From Vitrella brassicaformis CCMP3155 (Eukaryota > Protista > Chromerida): DNA of 64,000 nt. Below are positions 37,387 to 49,865 of this stretch, piece by piece. Location: assembly GCA_001179505.1 (NCBI GenBank), contig CDMY01000964.1:62001-126000 (forward strand), read 5' to 3'. Position 1 is the first letter of the stretch. Each line of letters opens with the position of its first letter. Made by a program: the position numbers and the translations under genes. The notes under the pieces are model-generated. The model had not been told where the DNA came from, did no database searches, and was given only the letters and a program-made list of their open reading frames with translations.

Positions 37387-38011
37387 TCAGTTTTGCAGAC
37401 ACACGGCAGCTCCCGTGACGATCAACAATGCGCCAGCAAGACCGACTGAACACACAAGCAGTACAACACGCACATGAGCGGCTGCCCTGCCCTGCCCTGC
37501 TCTGCTCTGTGCTCTGCGGACCTACCTGGGTCAGTGAATGTCTGCAGGAGCTGTGTGTCGAGGCAGACCTCAGTGATGTACGTGAACAGAAAGGAAAGGC
37601 TGTTGGCCAGCGGCACAGCCACGGGCAACTCTGCACACGCACATACACCACACGCACACGAGTGTGATGCATGGCAGTGGAGGGACTGTCTGTGGTGCTG
37701 TGCTGACTGTAGTCTCTCAGTAGGAAGTAGTAGAGCACACTGCCCACCTGGTTCAGCAGATATGGCACGATGAACTGAATGAACAGACACACGCAGGCAC
37801 ACATACACATACACACGTACGGTTCGACAACGCCGCTCGGCTCGTTGGCCTTGTTGATGCTCTCACATCTCACCTTGGTGTTTGTGAGCAGCCTCAGCGT
37901 CCTCTTGAGGATGTGTTCTCCTTGCGGGCTGGTGTCATGTGTATCATTGCACTGCAGGAAGGGTGACGTGACGCCCCATATGGCACCCACCAGCAGGAGC
38001 GCCGCCCTCAT
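37387..38011 (-). CDS. TMEM234: TMEM234-family small membrane protein (4 exons)
   Basis: MRAALLLVGAIWGVTSPFL...LLTNTK|FIVPYLLNQVGSVLYYFLLRDY|LPVAVPLANSLSFLFTYITE|GLAGALLIVTGAAVCLQN*; the family motifs WGxTxPF, PxLLNQxGS and VPxxNSLxFxFT are present. Confidence 0.85.
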
Positions 38012-38203
38012 CCGCCTCCCTCACCAGCAGTAGGCATGGAAGCCCGATCTTTCATCAGAAGTGACTGACAATGAATCCTCTGTCATCCGGTAGACGTGTG
38101 TGCCTCAGATCAGCCCCTTTTCGCCCTCTTCAGAGAGAGAGCGGTTTCACATTTGCGAGCTTCGCGTCTGCGAGCCAAGCCTGAAGAAGGGGAGCCTCTC
38201 CCG

Positions 38204-38881
38204 ATGCAGATCCCGCTCATTCCCTTCATCAGCGTCATCTTTGCGGCAGCCCTGCACCTCTCAGGTGCATTCCTTCAACCGTCAACTCATGCATCTCTCT
38301 TCCAGCGCCGTCAGCAGCTCACATCCAGGACGAGTAGATGGTCCACAGCAACCGAAACAGCAGACACGGCTGAAACAGCAGCCGCAGAGGCACCATGGCG
38401 CAGCGCAGCATCGGTGAGTGAGCTGACCAGCGACGTACCCGTGGTGATGGACATCGAGGCCATCCGTAAGGTGCTCCCGCACCGCTACCCCTTCCTGCTT
38501 GTGGACAAAGTCATCGAGTTCGAGCCCGGCAAGCGCGCCGTGGGCGTCAAGACCATCTCGGCCAACGAGCCGCAGTTCACCGGCCACTTCCCGGAGCGAG
38601 CCATCATGCCCGGCGTGCTGCAGATCGAGGCCATGGCGCAGCTGGGCGGGCTGGTGTGCCTGCAGGAGCCGCTGAGCGACGGCAAGGGGGACTTTTTCTT
38701 TGCTGGTGTGGATGGGGTGCGGTGGAAGCGGCCGGTGGTGCCTGGCGATGTGCTTGTGATGGAGATGGAGCTGCTGTCGTGGCGGGCCAAGTTCGGGATA
38801 GCTAAGATGACGGGTGCGGGATATGTGGACGGGCAGAAGGCCGTGGAGGTCAAGGAGTTCACCTTTGCACTTGCCAAGTGA
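38204..38881 (+). CDS. fabZ: Beta-hydroxyacyl-ACP dehydratase (FASII), plastid-targeted, intronless
   Basis: [39 protein letters not shown] and PVVPGD motifs. Bipartite leader [23 protein letters not shown] followed by an S/T/R-rich transit peptide. Confidence 0.95.
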   Translation: MQIPLIPFISVIFAAALHLSGAFLQPSTHASLFQRRQQLTSRTSRWSTATETADTAETAAAEAPWRSAASVSELTSDVPVVMDIEAIRKVLPHRYPFLLVDKVIEFEPGKRAVGVKTISANEPQFTGHFPERAIMPGVLQIEAMAQLGGLVCLQEPLSDGKGDFFFAGVDGVRWKRPVVPGDVLVMEMELLSWRAKFGIAKMTGAGYVDGQKAVEVKEFTFALAK

Positions 38882-38949
38882 AGATTCTTGTGCTGGCCTG
38901 GCAAGAGCATCGAGGTCTTTTGTGTTGGTCTTTTTGCAAGCGCGAGAGA

Positions 38950-41450
38950 GATGAGACGCCTACATGGATTGCGTGTAGAGCAGGAAGGAGACTAGGTGGA
39001 GACTAGATAATGAGCTGGGAGTGTGGCTGGCCAAATGTTACTTGCAAATTGACTAAGGGATGCAACAGGTGTCAAATGAACGCCAACCACGCGTACACGC
39101 TCACCCACCCACCCACACACACACACGTACACATGGACACACGCAGTGCACACACATGCATTGCAATGCATACACACACGAGGCGCACACATGGCACGGC
39201 ACGGCACGCCGCCGTTATAAAACAACAAATAGGCGGGCGACCTGACTGTGTGGCGGCTGCACGCACTGCACTGCACTCACTGCACTTGCTGCACATCACA
39301 TGCATGCCAGTGCATGGTGCCCTCTCTCTCACCCACTCACTCACTCACCCACCCACCCACTCACTCACCCCCTCGCTCAGTCCGTACGCAATCCAATCAA
39401 CACATGTACATACACGCATAGCATACACACACGTGTACACACGGACAGCTTTGTACATACAATACATACATATTCATGTGTGTATGTATGTGTGTACGTA
39501 TGGTTATATATGGTGTGCCGGCATGGTGGGCGTGTGAGCGAGTGAATTGGCGCGGCGCCCCCTACCAGTCCCCCTAAACTACGGTATGCTTAACCTACCT
39601 ACCTACCGACCAGCAGCGCGGCAGCATTAATCGTTCATCCACTCACTTACTCACGTCACACTACATACACACATACATACATACATGCATAGACATCCAC
39701 GCGACAGAAAACTCCATGTGTGTGCGCGTTTTTTCCCACTCGCTCCTCCATGGATGGGAAGCCGCACATCACATGACATATGCAGTCAGAGACACCACGT
39801 CATGCATTTTGCTTATCAAACCTGACGTCACCTCGCCATCGACGGGCTGTCTGTCTGTCTGTCTGTCTCTGTGTCTTATTCATTCACTCACTGACTAGGG
39901 GGTGTGCGGGGGAGAGAGACTGACTCATTCACTCACTCACTCACTCATTCCCCGACCTGTGTGTAGGAAGACCGTGACTCCCTCCCTTGCCCTTCCCTTC
40001 ATCGGATGAATCAAACAACCAAGCAATGATAGATTAAATGCGATCAATCGGTGGATCGAACCATCACATGCATGTATGTACACATACAAAACATACACAC
40101 GTATACGTATGCAGTGTAAATGTACGTACGTTACACTACCTTCATATACAGCACACACACACGCATCACATGCAGCATTCATGCACGGACGGATGGACGA
40201 ACCGAGACTAGAAGGACGGATGGACGAAGTCCGTTATTGCAAAATGCCTGCGTGTCTTCCTACGTCAGCCAACCAACCAACCTTGCCAAAGTGAGCGAAT
40301 TACAACAAACCTGCACACGCCCACCACAAAATGCCCCAAATCTCCTGAAGCCCCAACGAGCCACCAAAGCAGCAAACCAACAAATCAGCCAGCTGCACGC
40401 ACCGCCAAAGACAGACAAGCGCAAACACAAACGCAAAGTTGCAAACACCGAGACCGAACCGAGGCAGGCACGTAGCACGGATCATTCAAACAGCAAAGAG
40501 TAAGAACAAAATCGAAGAGCGACACGCACGTGTAAGCGTATGTACGCATGTGTGAGCGTATGCAGTGAGTGCCATGGATGGTTGGATGAGCACCGATCCG
40601 TCCGTTCCCACGCAGCGGTCATCTAAACGTAAAGGAAACAAAAGAACTGGACGACGACAGACTCTCGTGCTGCGTCTCATTGGTCGCAAAAAAAGCATAC
40701 AGAGGTAGAGAGGGAAAAACACAAGACAGCTCACCGGCCACGGATAGATACAACGAAAAAATGAAACGTGTGTGTGTGTGAATGTCTGCCTGAAGGTCTG
40801 CCTGCCTGATCGATCCCATGGCTCCTGCATCTTTGAGGGAACTGAAATGCTGCCTTTGGATGTACACATGAATATATGGACGTGTGTGAACGTGTGTATA
40901 CGATGTGTACGTATGTGTGTGTGGAATTATCTGAATGAATAGATCGGCGTGTGCACACCGCCCAACAACACGCAGCACCAGACGGCAATCGACATTCAAA
41001 CACACCGACACACCGACACACCCCGAGCAGAAAACATGACAAAAAGAACGACAGACAGACAGTAGCAATCTGTGAGGCTCTTTCGTTAGATTATTGCCTG
41101 CTTCACGCAGGCGCGCACTCACAGATGCACGCACAGGACCCATCCACCCACCCATCCATCCATCCATCCATGCATGCACCTTCATTGGTATAGGCGAACT
41201 GACAACTGACACCCACACCACACACCACACGCATCATGCTGACATGCTGACATGCTGACATGGACGAATGAATCACAAACACCACTGTAACTGTGACAGC
41301 CACACACCCAGCCGGCCAGCCAGACAGCAACTAAGGCCCATCGCGCCACACACCAGAGGCCACACGGCAACCCAGCAGCCATGCCACAGCCAATCAAAGA
41401 CGTACCCACCTACCGATCCCACCCCACCACACAGCACCCACAACCCCCAC
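38950..41450. repeat. Microsatellite-rich, AT-richer intergenic region (CA, TACA, CACT, CCAT)
   Basis: Tandem arrays are visible directly; the ORFs here are low-complexity translations of repeats. Confidence 0.7.
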
Positions 41451-41472
41451 CCGTCTGATGTGTGTGTCTCTA

Positions 41473-44400
41473 TCAGCATATGATTTCCAACGCGCATCTC
41501 TTCTCCTTCGTCTCCCACAGAGCCACCGCATCCCCACCCCCAGCGTCCTCCATCTCCCGTTTCCGTGATTTGCGGATGGCCACGTCAAATGTGACCTCAA
41601 ATGAGTGCGCCATGCCCCGACTGAAGCACTTGTACACAATGTCCTTGTTCTTCTCGCACTTGACGGAGACGGCGGTCCGCAGCTGGTGCAGGAACTTGCC
41701 CGCCTGCGGCGCGGCTTCGTCGAGGAAGGCGCACCCCTCGATCCGCTCGCCGCGAAGCTCCGGGTAGAGGTCGCCGATGGCGTACCTCCCCTCCGGGCCC
41801 TGCACGACGGCGAAGCACTCGGGGATCTCGTCGATACCCTCTGTGGGGAGAGGGGTGGTGCTTGTGGGGAGAGGGGTGGTGCTTGTGGGGAGAGGGGTGG
41901 TGCTCGTGTCCGTGTCGCCATCATCGCCAGGGGGCTCGCCTTCAGTCGGCGTCGGTGTGGTGCTGCTCCGATCTTCGTCTCCATCCCCGGGATCCTCTGG
42001 TGCTTCTGGTGGCGTTTCTGGTGGCCCTTCTGATGGTGCTTCTGGTGGTATTTCGATGGGCTCTTGGGAGACCAGCAGCTCAAATGCCAGCAGCGCATTG
42101 ATGAGGCCATGGCCGGTCTGGATGCTGTAGCCACTTGTGGGAGGAATGGACCCCTGCCGGCTGAACCAGGCTGTTGCATTTCAGCATACACACAGATGAC
42201 ACACACATAGTATCCATCCATGCACTCTGTGTGGGCGTCGCTGGCTCCCTTACTTGGCATGCGTCGTGCGGTGTCGAATAGAGCCTGCAGGATGTCGCCG
42301 TTGGACCTGTCGGTGAACACCTCCTTCAAGAGGTGAGCTATCGCCGCCGCATTGGGGGCCGCCGCTGACGTGCCTGGGGAAGGAGGATACCACCAACACC
42401 GAGGCACATCCATCCACATACACACATCAAGTCAAGTGTGACTGACTGACCGAAGAAGTTCGGGAATCCGTCTCCTTCCGCGTCATCGCGGCAGCTTCCT
42501 TCTTCTGGACATCGAAGCGGGAAGGCCAACGTGTTGCAACCTGAGTCAACCAGACACACACATGGAACAAGCCCATCCACGTCTTCCCGCCCCCATCCAC
42601 CCATCATCTGTACACACACGCAACATACCATCCGCTGCAGTCACGCGCCGGCCCGATCGGGTGTCGGGCGAGGGCAGCCGGACCCCTTCCGGATTGAAGA
42701 GGATGGCCAGCCCTTCGCCGCCAACATAGGCCTGGGGAAGGGCCGGGATGCTGCCGAAACGCGGCGTCTCACGGTAGTCGGCGGCAGCGACCGGTACGGC
42801 ATTCGGTGCCAGGGCGTGGCCCCACGACGTCGGCCCGCCGAAGGTCTCGTCCACAAGACCGCCCGTATAGTCCTGACAGTCGCAGGAAGCAACGCATACG
42901 GCCATCCATCCATCCAGCCATGCACTCGCTCACCGACAGTGCCCATCCTCGTGTAATAATGTTGAACCGCCCGCCGTTAAACTCATCGCCCGTGGGGAAC
43001 CGCGCCACCATGACGAACACCTCAACCATCTCATCCTTGTCGTTGGTCCACACTGCCGCCTCCGCAGGGTCGCCAGCGATGTTGCTCGTGTCACTGAAGA
43101 CGAGAGGCTTCCCCTCATCGATGCCGTCTCGGTCAAATATAAGGACGGCAAAGTCGCTTGTGGCACCGGGGGACTCGGCACTTGCCGACGCGTACGTCTG
43201 CGCCCAGTGAAGGACGACACGCAGCGAACGCGAAGGGGGCAGAGCGATCCTGAAGAAGGGGCAGGCAGTCTCGCCGTCCTCCTGCCCGGGACAGTCGGTG
43301 TCTTGGAGGGGCTCATCACTGCCCTCGTTCCAATCATGGGCGCCCTCGTATTGGATGTCGAAGTTGGCCAGCAGGAAGTTGTTGATGTTCGTGGGCACGT
43401 CGGTCCTGCTGTAGCTGCCCTCTAGACCGGAATTCCCGCTGTTGCCCGCCTGCGTGTGTGGGTGAGGTGGAGTGAGGGAGTGATGTTTGTGATGTGTGTA
43501 AGAGGGTAGGTGTGGGTGGGTGCGTACCGATACGAAATAGAGCGCCCCGTCTTCGGTGACTTCCTCGATTGCCTGGGCGATGATGCCGTCCTGATACCAT
43601 GGCCTGACACACACCACACACACACGCAGATATTGTGGTCATTATTGGACCCACACCTGCCGTCGGCACTTACTCAAAGAAGTATTTGACGTCATCGACC
43701 AGTGTGTTGCAGCCAGCTTCGCGCCGCAGCCGGAGGATGCCGTTCGCGAAGTCGGCCTGGCCTGCACCACCCAGAACCACCTCCAACATACACACAGAGG
43801 CATGTCTGTGCCGTCCGTCTTTCTCTCTTCCCTCTGTCTGTCCCTTCCACTGACCCAAGACAGCGGTGTGGAAGGCGTACAAGGGCATCTCGGGCAGCAA
43901 GTCGGCAATCAGCTCTATCATGCCGGACCCCTCGTCGTTGAGGGTGGACGCGTCCCGCGACCCAAACGGCTCGCCGTCACGCAAATTGATCACACCCTGT
44001 ACCAGCATCTCGCCTTCGAAGGCGTCGTCGGGAATCTCACCGGCCTCCCGCACGCCCTTACCCTCGACAAAGTCAAATCTGATGGATCCACGCCCACCAC
44101 ACCACAGGGACACACAGAGACAGGATGGATGGGTGGGTGCAGTGTGGGTGTGCTTACGAGTCCGCGAGTACGCCGACGCAGCTGAATCCCGACTGGTCGA
44201 TGTCAAAGGATTCGAGCAGCTGGTCCATGTTGTGGACGAAGATGGCCTGGCTGGTCGCCGCGCCCCTCCCCACATTCTCAAGCTGCATCGGTGACGCGCC
44301 AGTCTTTCCGTGCTTGTACGTCTCATATTCGGACGCCATTGGGCGCATCTGCTCCCTCTCCTTCTGCGTCGCGCTGATGAGCTTGATGCCCTCGATCAGC

Positions 44401-44922
44401 CTGGCATCCTCGATGCCCTCGTAAGGCAGGAACCCCCCTATCATGTGCCGATACGACGTCAGCCGCACCATCCCCAGTCCGCGGAGCCGCCGCATGATGC
44501 CGAACATGTCGGCGTCCCTGGCAGTGCTGATGTCCACATAGATGGAGTTCTCGGTCAGCAGGCTGCCTACGACGCTGTTGATGAAGCCGATGACTGCTGT
44601 CCGGTTTCCACCCCTCTCCAGCGGCTGTTGGCCTGGCGGCCTGACCGGGACTGAGTAGATGGGTGGGACGGCTTTGGGCGAGCGGGGCGCCCTCTGGCCA
44701 TCGAACAGCCGCTGGACGTCACACAGGAGGGCGTCAAGCTTCGGAGGGCACCTAAATGACCGCTCTGCAGAAGAGGGAAAGGAAGCGTCAGTCCTGCGAT
44801 TGTTGTGGCCTTGTGGCCTTGTTTTTCTCACCTGCTTTGGGCGCCAGGTCCACCTGTGCGTGCACAATCAGCACATGGAGGGCGACCAGCGACAGAAGGG
44901 CCCTCGGCGAGAGGGCCAACAT
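41473..44922 (-). CDS. Secreted subtilase (S8-like) of bacterial type with predicted Asp-Glu-Ser triad, Pro/Thr linker and small Cys-containing C-terminal domain; multi-exon
   Basis: Signal peptide MLALSPRALLSLVALHVLIVHA; prodomain; VGVLADS|FD (Asp); NDEGSGMIELIADLLP (Glu at the His position); FHTAVLG|QADFANGI; LVDDVKYFFE|PWYQDGIIAQA; YFVS|AGNSG (oxyanion Asn); NFFG|TSAAAPNAAAIA (Ser); GHGLINA. The 3' end is uncertain. Confidence 0.85.
41843..41905 (-). repeat. Coding tandem repeat, 21 bp x3 (STTPLPT) in the subtilase linker
   Basis: gtggggagaggggtggtgctt is repeated three times (the last copy has one mismatch). Confidence 0.9.
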
Positions 44923-45629
44923 CGCTCGCTGATTCACCGCCGCAGATGACGCCCCGGCCGGCCTTCGGTTGGGTTGAAATATCACATCAGAGGGTGGCCG
45001 CCGCCTTTTGCCCTCGTCTGCACGCGCGGAAGTCGTGAAAAAAAAACGCGCATACTATTTCTGGGATCCACCGTTGGCAACAGGAATAATGGCGGCCGAC
45101 GCAACCCAAAGTGGGATGCCCTCTGTGTCTGTGTGTCAGGTGTGTCCACATGCGGTGCGCCGTGGGTGAGACAGTGTGGCTGGTGCCGCACAAGGAGGAG
45201 AGAGGCTGGTGCGTACGGACACATGTGTGTGTTATTAGTGCGTGTTTGTTTAAGCTTCTGGTAGGACACCGAGAGGCCCTCTCATTCACGGATTCAAGAT
45301 TCTATGTCTGACGTACGGGTGAATCAGTCGAGCATGCATCCATTCCATGCACCTCTACATCCGTCAGCCAGTCACAAGGTCACGAGCTAGCTGTACATGA
45401 CATGTGCCACACCAATCCAACCACACACGCTCCCTCCCGCACATCCACCCAGCCAGCCAGCCTGCCACAACACCACATTCGTGTGTCCATCCATCCATTC
45501 ATTCATCCATCCATCGATGCAGGGCCATGTATATGCAATGGCATGGATGCTTCGAGTGTGTCTACCACCGCCCCTCCCTCCCTCCCTCCCTGTCTGCTGC
45601 ACGTCTGTCTGCCCGTCATTTCTACACTA

Positions 45630-48600
45630 CTACTCCTCTTCCTCCTCCTCTCCCTCATCGGCCTCCTCGTCGTCGTCTCCCTCGTCGCCCTCCTGGCCCT
45701 CCCACTCCTCGTCGTCACCCTCACTGTCGCCCTCCCGCGCGCCGGACGAGGCAGCAGCAGCAGCTGCGGCGGCAGCAGGGCGCGTGTCGACGTCCATGGG
45801 TTTCGGCCCGTCGTCCTCGTCCTCGTGGTCCTGGACGGGCGTGTCCTCCACCTTCTTGGACTCGGTGATCTTCTCGCTCGCCTTGACCGCCGCTGACTGC
45901 ATGATCCATCCATCCATCCATCCGTCCATCCATCCATACATCCATCCACACACGCAGAAACAGACGGAGGCGAAATTTGTGTGTGTCGGTGGCGGTTGGG
46001 GTGTGGTTGGTTGTAGGGCTGACCCGTTTTGATTTGGCAGATCCGAAGAAGGCCTCGAGTGTGGGCTGGTTCTTGGGACGGTCGGCGTCCTTGCCCTTCT
46101 TGCCGCCGCCCTTGCCGCCGCTCTTCGCTTTGGCTTTGGCTTTGGACTTGGGCTTGGACTTGTCGGCCTTGGTGTTGGTCTTCTTCACCGACTTGCCGCC
46201 CTGACATTCGCACACACACACACGACAGAGAGAGAGAGGGAGAGAGAGAGATAGATATCCAAGCATAGGAAGGGTGGGTGGGTGGATGGGTGTGGCTGTG
46301 TGGCTGACCACTTCGTCCTTGCTCTTGCCCTTGCCCTTGCCGCCCTTGCTGGCCTTGGCCCTGGCCTTTGCCTTAAGGTCCTTCTTGACCTTCTTCTTGG
46401 CCTTGCCGCTGCTACCGCTAACGCTACTGGCACTCCCGTCAACATCACCATCTGCACACATACACACACACACACACAGAAGGGAGAGACAAAGATATGA
46501 GACAGCCACAATGCCTGTTGGTGTGTCATGTGGGTGGTGGTGGTGGTGGTGGCGTGTGATGTGTGTTATGTGGGATGGCATACCCTCCTCCTCCTCGTCA
46601 TCGTCATCATCGTCCATCTCGTCATCGTCATCGTCGCTGTCATCATCGTTGCCGTCGGTGTGCCGGCCCGACAGGAACTCGGCCGCACGCACACGATACA
46701 GACGCTGCAAATCTATCCTGGCAGTGGCTGCCAGACACACACACACACACACACGGAGGGAGAGAGAGAGAGAGAGAGAGATGTGTGAGGGGCGGGAGGG
46801 GGTATGGGTGTGTGAGTGTGTGGGGGTGTGGGTACCTATCTGCCATCCGCACGCGTGGCAGAGATTCTTGCAGTCGTGCTTGTGGCCGGGCTTCTTGGCG
46901 AAATGGCTGGCGGGGATCTCGACCTGGATGCCCTTCTCAGCCCGCACCCGGCGGATGTCCTCGTAAACGACGCCCGCATACACGTGCTTGCGCCACCTAC
47001 GATCACACCAACCACACACACACACACACGCACCGAGAAAGAGATACGGACACATTGAGACCCCCCCAATGATCAGTGACGTCTCTGCCTTACGTGAAGC
47101 CCCTCTTCTTTGCCTCCTGTGCTGCCTCGGGGCATCGGGGCTGCGATGGGTCGCTGGGGTCGGGCCTGTGCAGCTTCTTGCCTAGGTCGCCCAACCTCCC
47201 GCCCAGCTGGGCCAGCTCGGGGCAGTCCAAAACCGTCTCGCCCGTGTTGACGAGCGGGGCCGAGAACTCCTCGATCTCCATATTGGTCGCTGTGCCTGCA
47301 TCAATCGGTCGGCCGACACACAAACACATGGATGGATGGATGGATGATTCATGTGTGTGTGTGTGTGTGTGAGAGGGGGGGTGCTCCCTACCAAGGTTGA
47401 TGTAGTTCCCCGTCTGGCTGTCCTTGACAGTGAGGTAGATCTTGGGCTCGTTGCAGTTGGGGTTGTAGCAGCGGGCCATGACGTCGTTGCGGATGGCCGC
47501 TGCACCACACACACACACACACACGCACACAAGAGGGGCTGTGCGGGTGTGGCTATGTGTCGTGTGCTGATGGACACTGACAGATCTTGGCGTGCGTGTG
47601 GTCGCTGTTCTGCGTGAACCTGCAGCCACATCACACACCACACACACACACACACACGTGTGTGTGCGCATCTCACCCCCCACCCCCACCCCACACACAT
47701 ACCACAGCAGCCGGTTGCTCTCGGGGTAGTAGACGTCGTCGTACTTGACGCCCCTCAAATCGCCAAACGACCTGCACAGCACACAACACAACACAACACG
47801 GCACATCACACAACTCACCTTCACCCTGGCAGGCTTACATGCTAGAGGATTCGCTACTTTGGATGACAGCCGCCTTGACCTTCTTGGCCTCCTTGTCCTC
47901 CTTGTCCTTGTCGATGGTCTGCTTGACGCGAGTGAGGAAGATGATCCAGAAGGTCTCGTCGGGGTAGGGCAGGGTGTAGTTGGGGGGGTCCTCGCGCATC
48001 CGCAACTTGACTATACCAGTGCCAAACCTACAATCTGCACCACACACACACGGGGACACACACACACACATGGGAGTGAGAGTGTGTGTGTGTGTGTGAG
48101 TGCGTATGTGTGGTGGCGGGGCGGGGTGGTGTGTAGCTTAGCTTACTGTCTAGCTGTGACATGATGATCTTGGTGTTCGGCCCATATTCCTGCAACTCGC
48201 GCCAATGCTCACTGCACGCGCACACAGACACGTCTGTCTGCAAGATCCCCCCCTCCCTCCCTCCCTCTTTCTGTCTGTGTGTGTCCCCTTCTCACCCACC
48301 GGAAGAAGGTCTCCATAGCGAAGTCCCGCTGCTTGGCGTAGGTGGAGTTGTCGGTGCTCATGGCCCTCTTCTGGTCGGCCCGGCGAAGCGCCGTGAAGTC
48401 GTACTCGCACTCGACGCTCCCACCGCCACCACTGCTACTGGCCGCCGCTGCTGCTGCCTGTTGGACCAAGACACCGCACCATGGACACCATGCCACAACA
48501 ATCACATCCATCCATCCATCCATCCATCTATCCATCCATCCATGGGATCTCCCATGCATCCCTCCCCATCTCTGTCCTCTCTGTCCCTGGTGTGCATCCA

Positions 48601-48830
48601 TCCCTCCCTCCCTCCCTGCTTACCGCAGCAGCAGCAGCAGCAGGCGCCTCCTCCCGGCCTTCGTCGTTCGCCTCGCCCCCATCCCCCATCTCCTCATCAC
48701 CATCACCATCACCATCCCCCTGCAGTTGGCGGCCCTTCATGGAAGCATCGTCCTGCATCACGTCCACCTCTGCTGCGGGCGACGCCATGGGCCCGCTGTC
48801 GAGGGCGATGCCGTCCTCAGCTACGTCCAT
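45630..48830 (-). CDS. Orphan nuclear protein: Cys/His cluster, Lys-rich region, PIP-box, acidic tails; multi-exon
   Basis: MDVAEDGIALDSGP... exons join through YDFTALRRADQKRAM, FGTGIVKLRMREDPPNYTLPYPDETFWIIFLTRVKQ, ARCYNPNCNEPKIY, SHFAKKPGHKHDCKNLCHACG, a poly-D/E tract, K/G-rich repeats, KNQPTLEAFF and a final acidic exon ending EEEEEE* (45630). Confidence 0.75.
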
Positions 48831-48965
48831 CACACGCTCACCGACCTGCCTGCGGCCCTGCGGGCACCTGGGTGCCCTCCGCCTTGTCCGCCAGCGGTGA
48901 GCTCGGCTCGCCGTGAAACGCGTCACATGGGGCGAAGAAACGAAGATCCTACCCCCCTCCCGAGA

Positions 48966-49865
48966 ATGTCCTCCACTTCCAGGGATGAGCGATGCCTGCT
49001 GGCAGTTCCGAAGAAGGGAAGGCTGCACGAGCGGTGCATGAAGCTGCTTCAAGGATGTGGCCTCGAGTGCGAGCGTGCTGAGCGGCTGGACATCGCCCAC
49101 TGTGACAACATCCCCATCACCCTGGTCTTCCTGCCCGCAGCTGACATACCCAAATTTGTCGGCGAGGGGAATGTGGACATCGGCATCACAGGCCAGGACG
49201 TCATCAGGGAGGAGTCTGTCGATGTGACACAGCTGCTGGAGCTCGGCTTCGGCAAGTGTCAGCTGGCCGTGCAGGCCCCAAAGGGCCAGTACGCGTCTGC
49301 GGCTGACCTCATCGGCAAGAAGATCGTCACCTCTTTCCCCAACCTGACCGCGCAGTTCTTCAAGGAACTTGCCGCAAGCAAAGGGCGGACTGAGGACACG
49401 ACAGTGGTGGCGGTGGGGGGGTCTGTGGAGGTCAGCTGTACCATGGGCCTCGGTGACGCTGTCGTCGACTTGGTGGAGACCGGTGCGACCATGGATGCCG
49501 CCGGGCTGGAGAAGCTTGACGTCATTCTCCGCACTCAGTGTGTCCTCATCGCCAACAAGAGCTGCGGCCATCCTGCCATCGTCGACCGGCTCAAGAAGCG
49601 CATGCAGGGGTTCCTCGACGCTCAGCAGTACTCGATGGTGTCGTACAACGTGCACGCCGCCAACAAGGCCGCGGCCATCGCCATCACCCCAGGGCGGCGG
49701 TCGCCCAATGTGACGAACCTGGAGGAGGAGGGTTGGTTTGCTATCAGCGCGATGGTCAAGAAGTCCGAGCTCATGGACGTGATGGACCGATTGGCAGACT
49801 GTGGGGCTATCGATATTCTCGCCTTCGACATTAGGAGCTGTCGAGGGTCGGCCCAGTCACAATGA
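48966..49865 (+). CDS. hisG: ATP phosphoribosyltransferase, long form with C-terminal regulatory domain, intronless
   Basis: LLAVPKKGRLHERC, DIPKFVGEGNVDIGITGQDV, LGFGKCQLAVQAP, GSVEVSCTMGLGDAVVDLVETGATM, ITPGRRSPNV..GWFAISAMV; the C-terminus resembles eukaryotic HIS1 (DILAFDIRSCR). Confidence 0.95.
   Translation: MSSTSRDERCLLAVPKKGRLHERCMKLLQGCGLECERAERLDIAHCDNIPITLVFLPAADIPKFVGEGNVDIGITGQDVIREESVDVTQLLELGFGKCQLAVQAPKGQYASAADLIGKKIVTSFPNLTAQFFKELAASKGRTEDTTVVAVGGSVEVSCTMGLGDAVVDLVETGATMDAAGLEKLDVILRTQCVLIANKSCGHPAIVDRLKKRMQGFLDAQQYSMVSYNVHAANKAAAIAITPGRRSPNVTNLEEEGWFAISAMVKKSELMDVMDRLADCGAIDILAFDIRSCRGSAQSQ

Noticed and set aside
45630-48830. Initial impression of topoisomerase I or a nucleolin-like protein from the Lys-rich/acidic composition
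   Set aside because: No Top1 catalytic motifs or RRM signatures were found in the joined exons.
48342-48965. 208-aa N-terminal extension of the HisG ORF, and antisense ORF 48528-49655
   Set aside because: The extension overlaps exon 1 and an intron (CCAT repeats) of the opposite-strand gene; HisG homology begins right after ATG 48966. Only the 3' part of the antisense ORF (48830 onward) is used, as exon 1 of the neighbouring gene.
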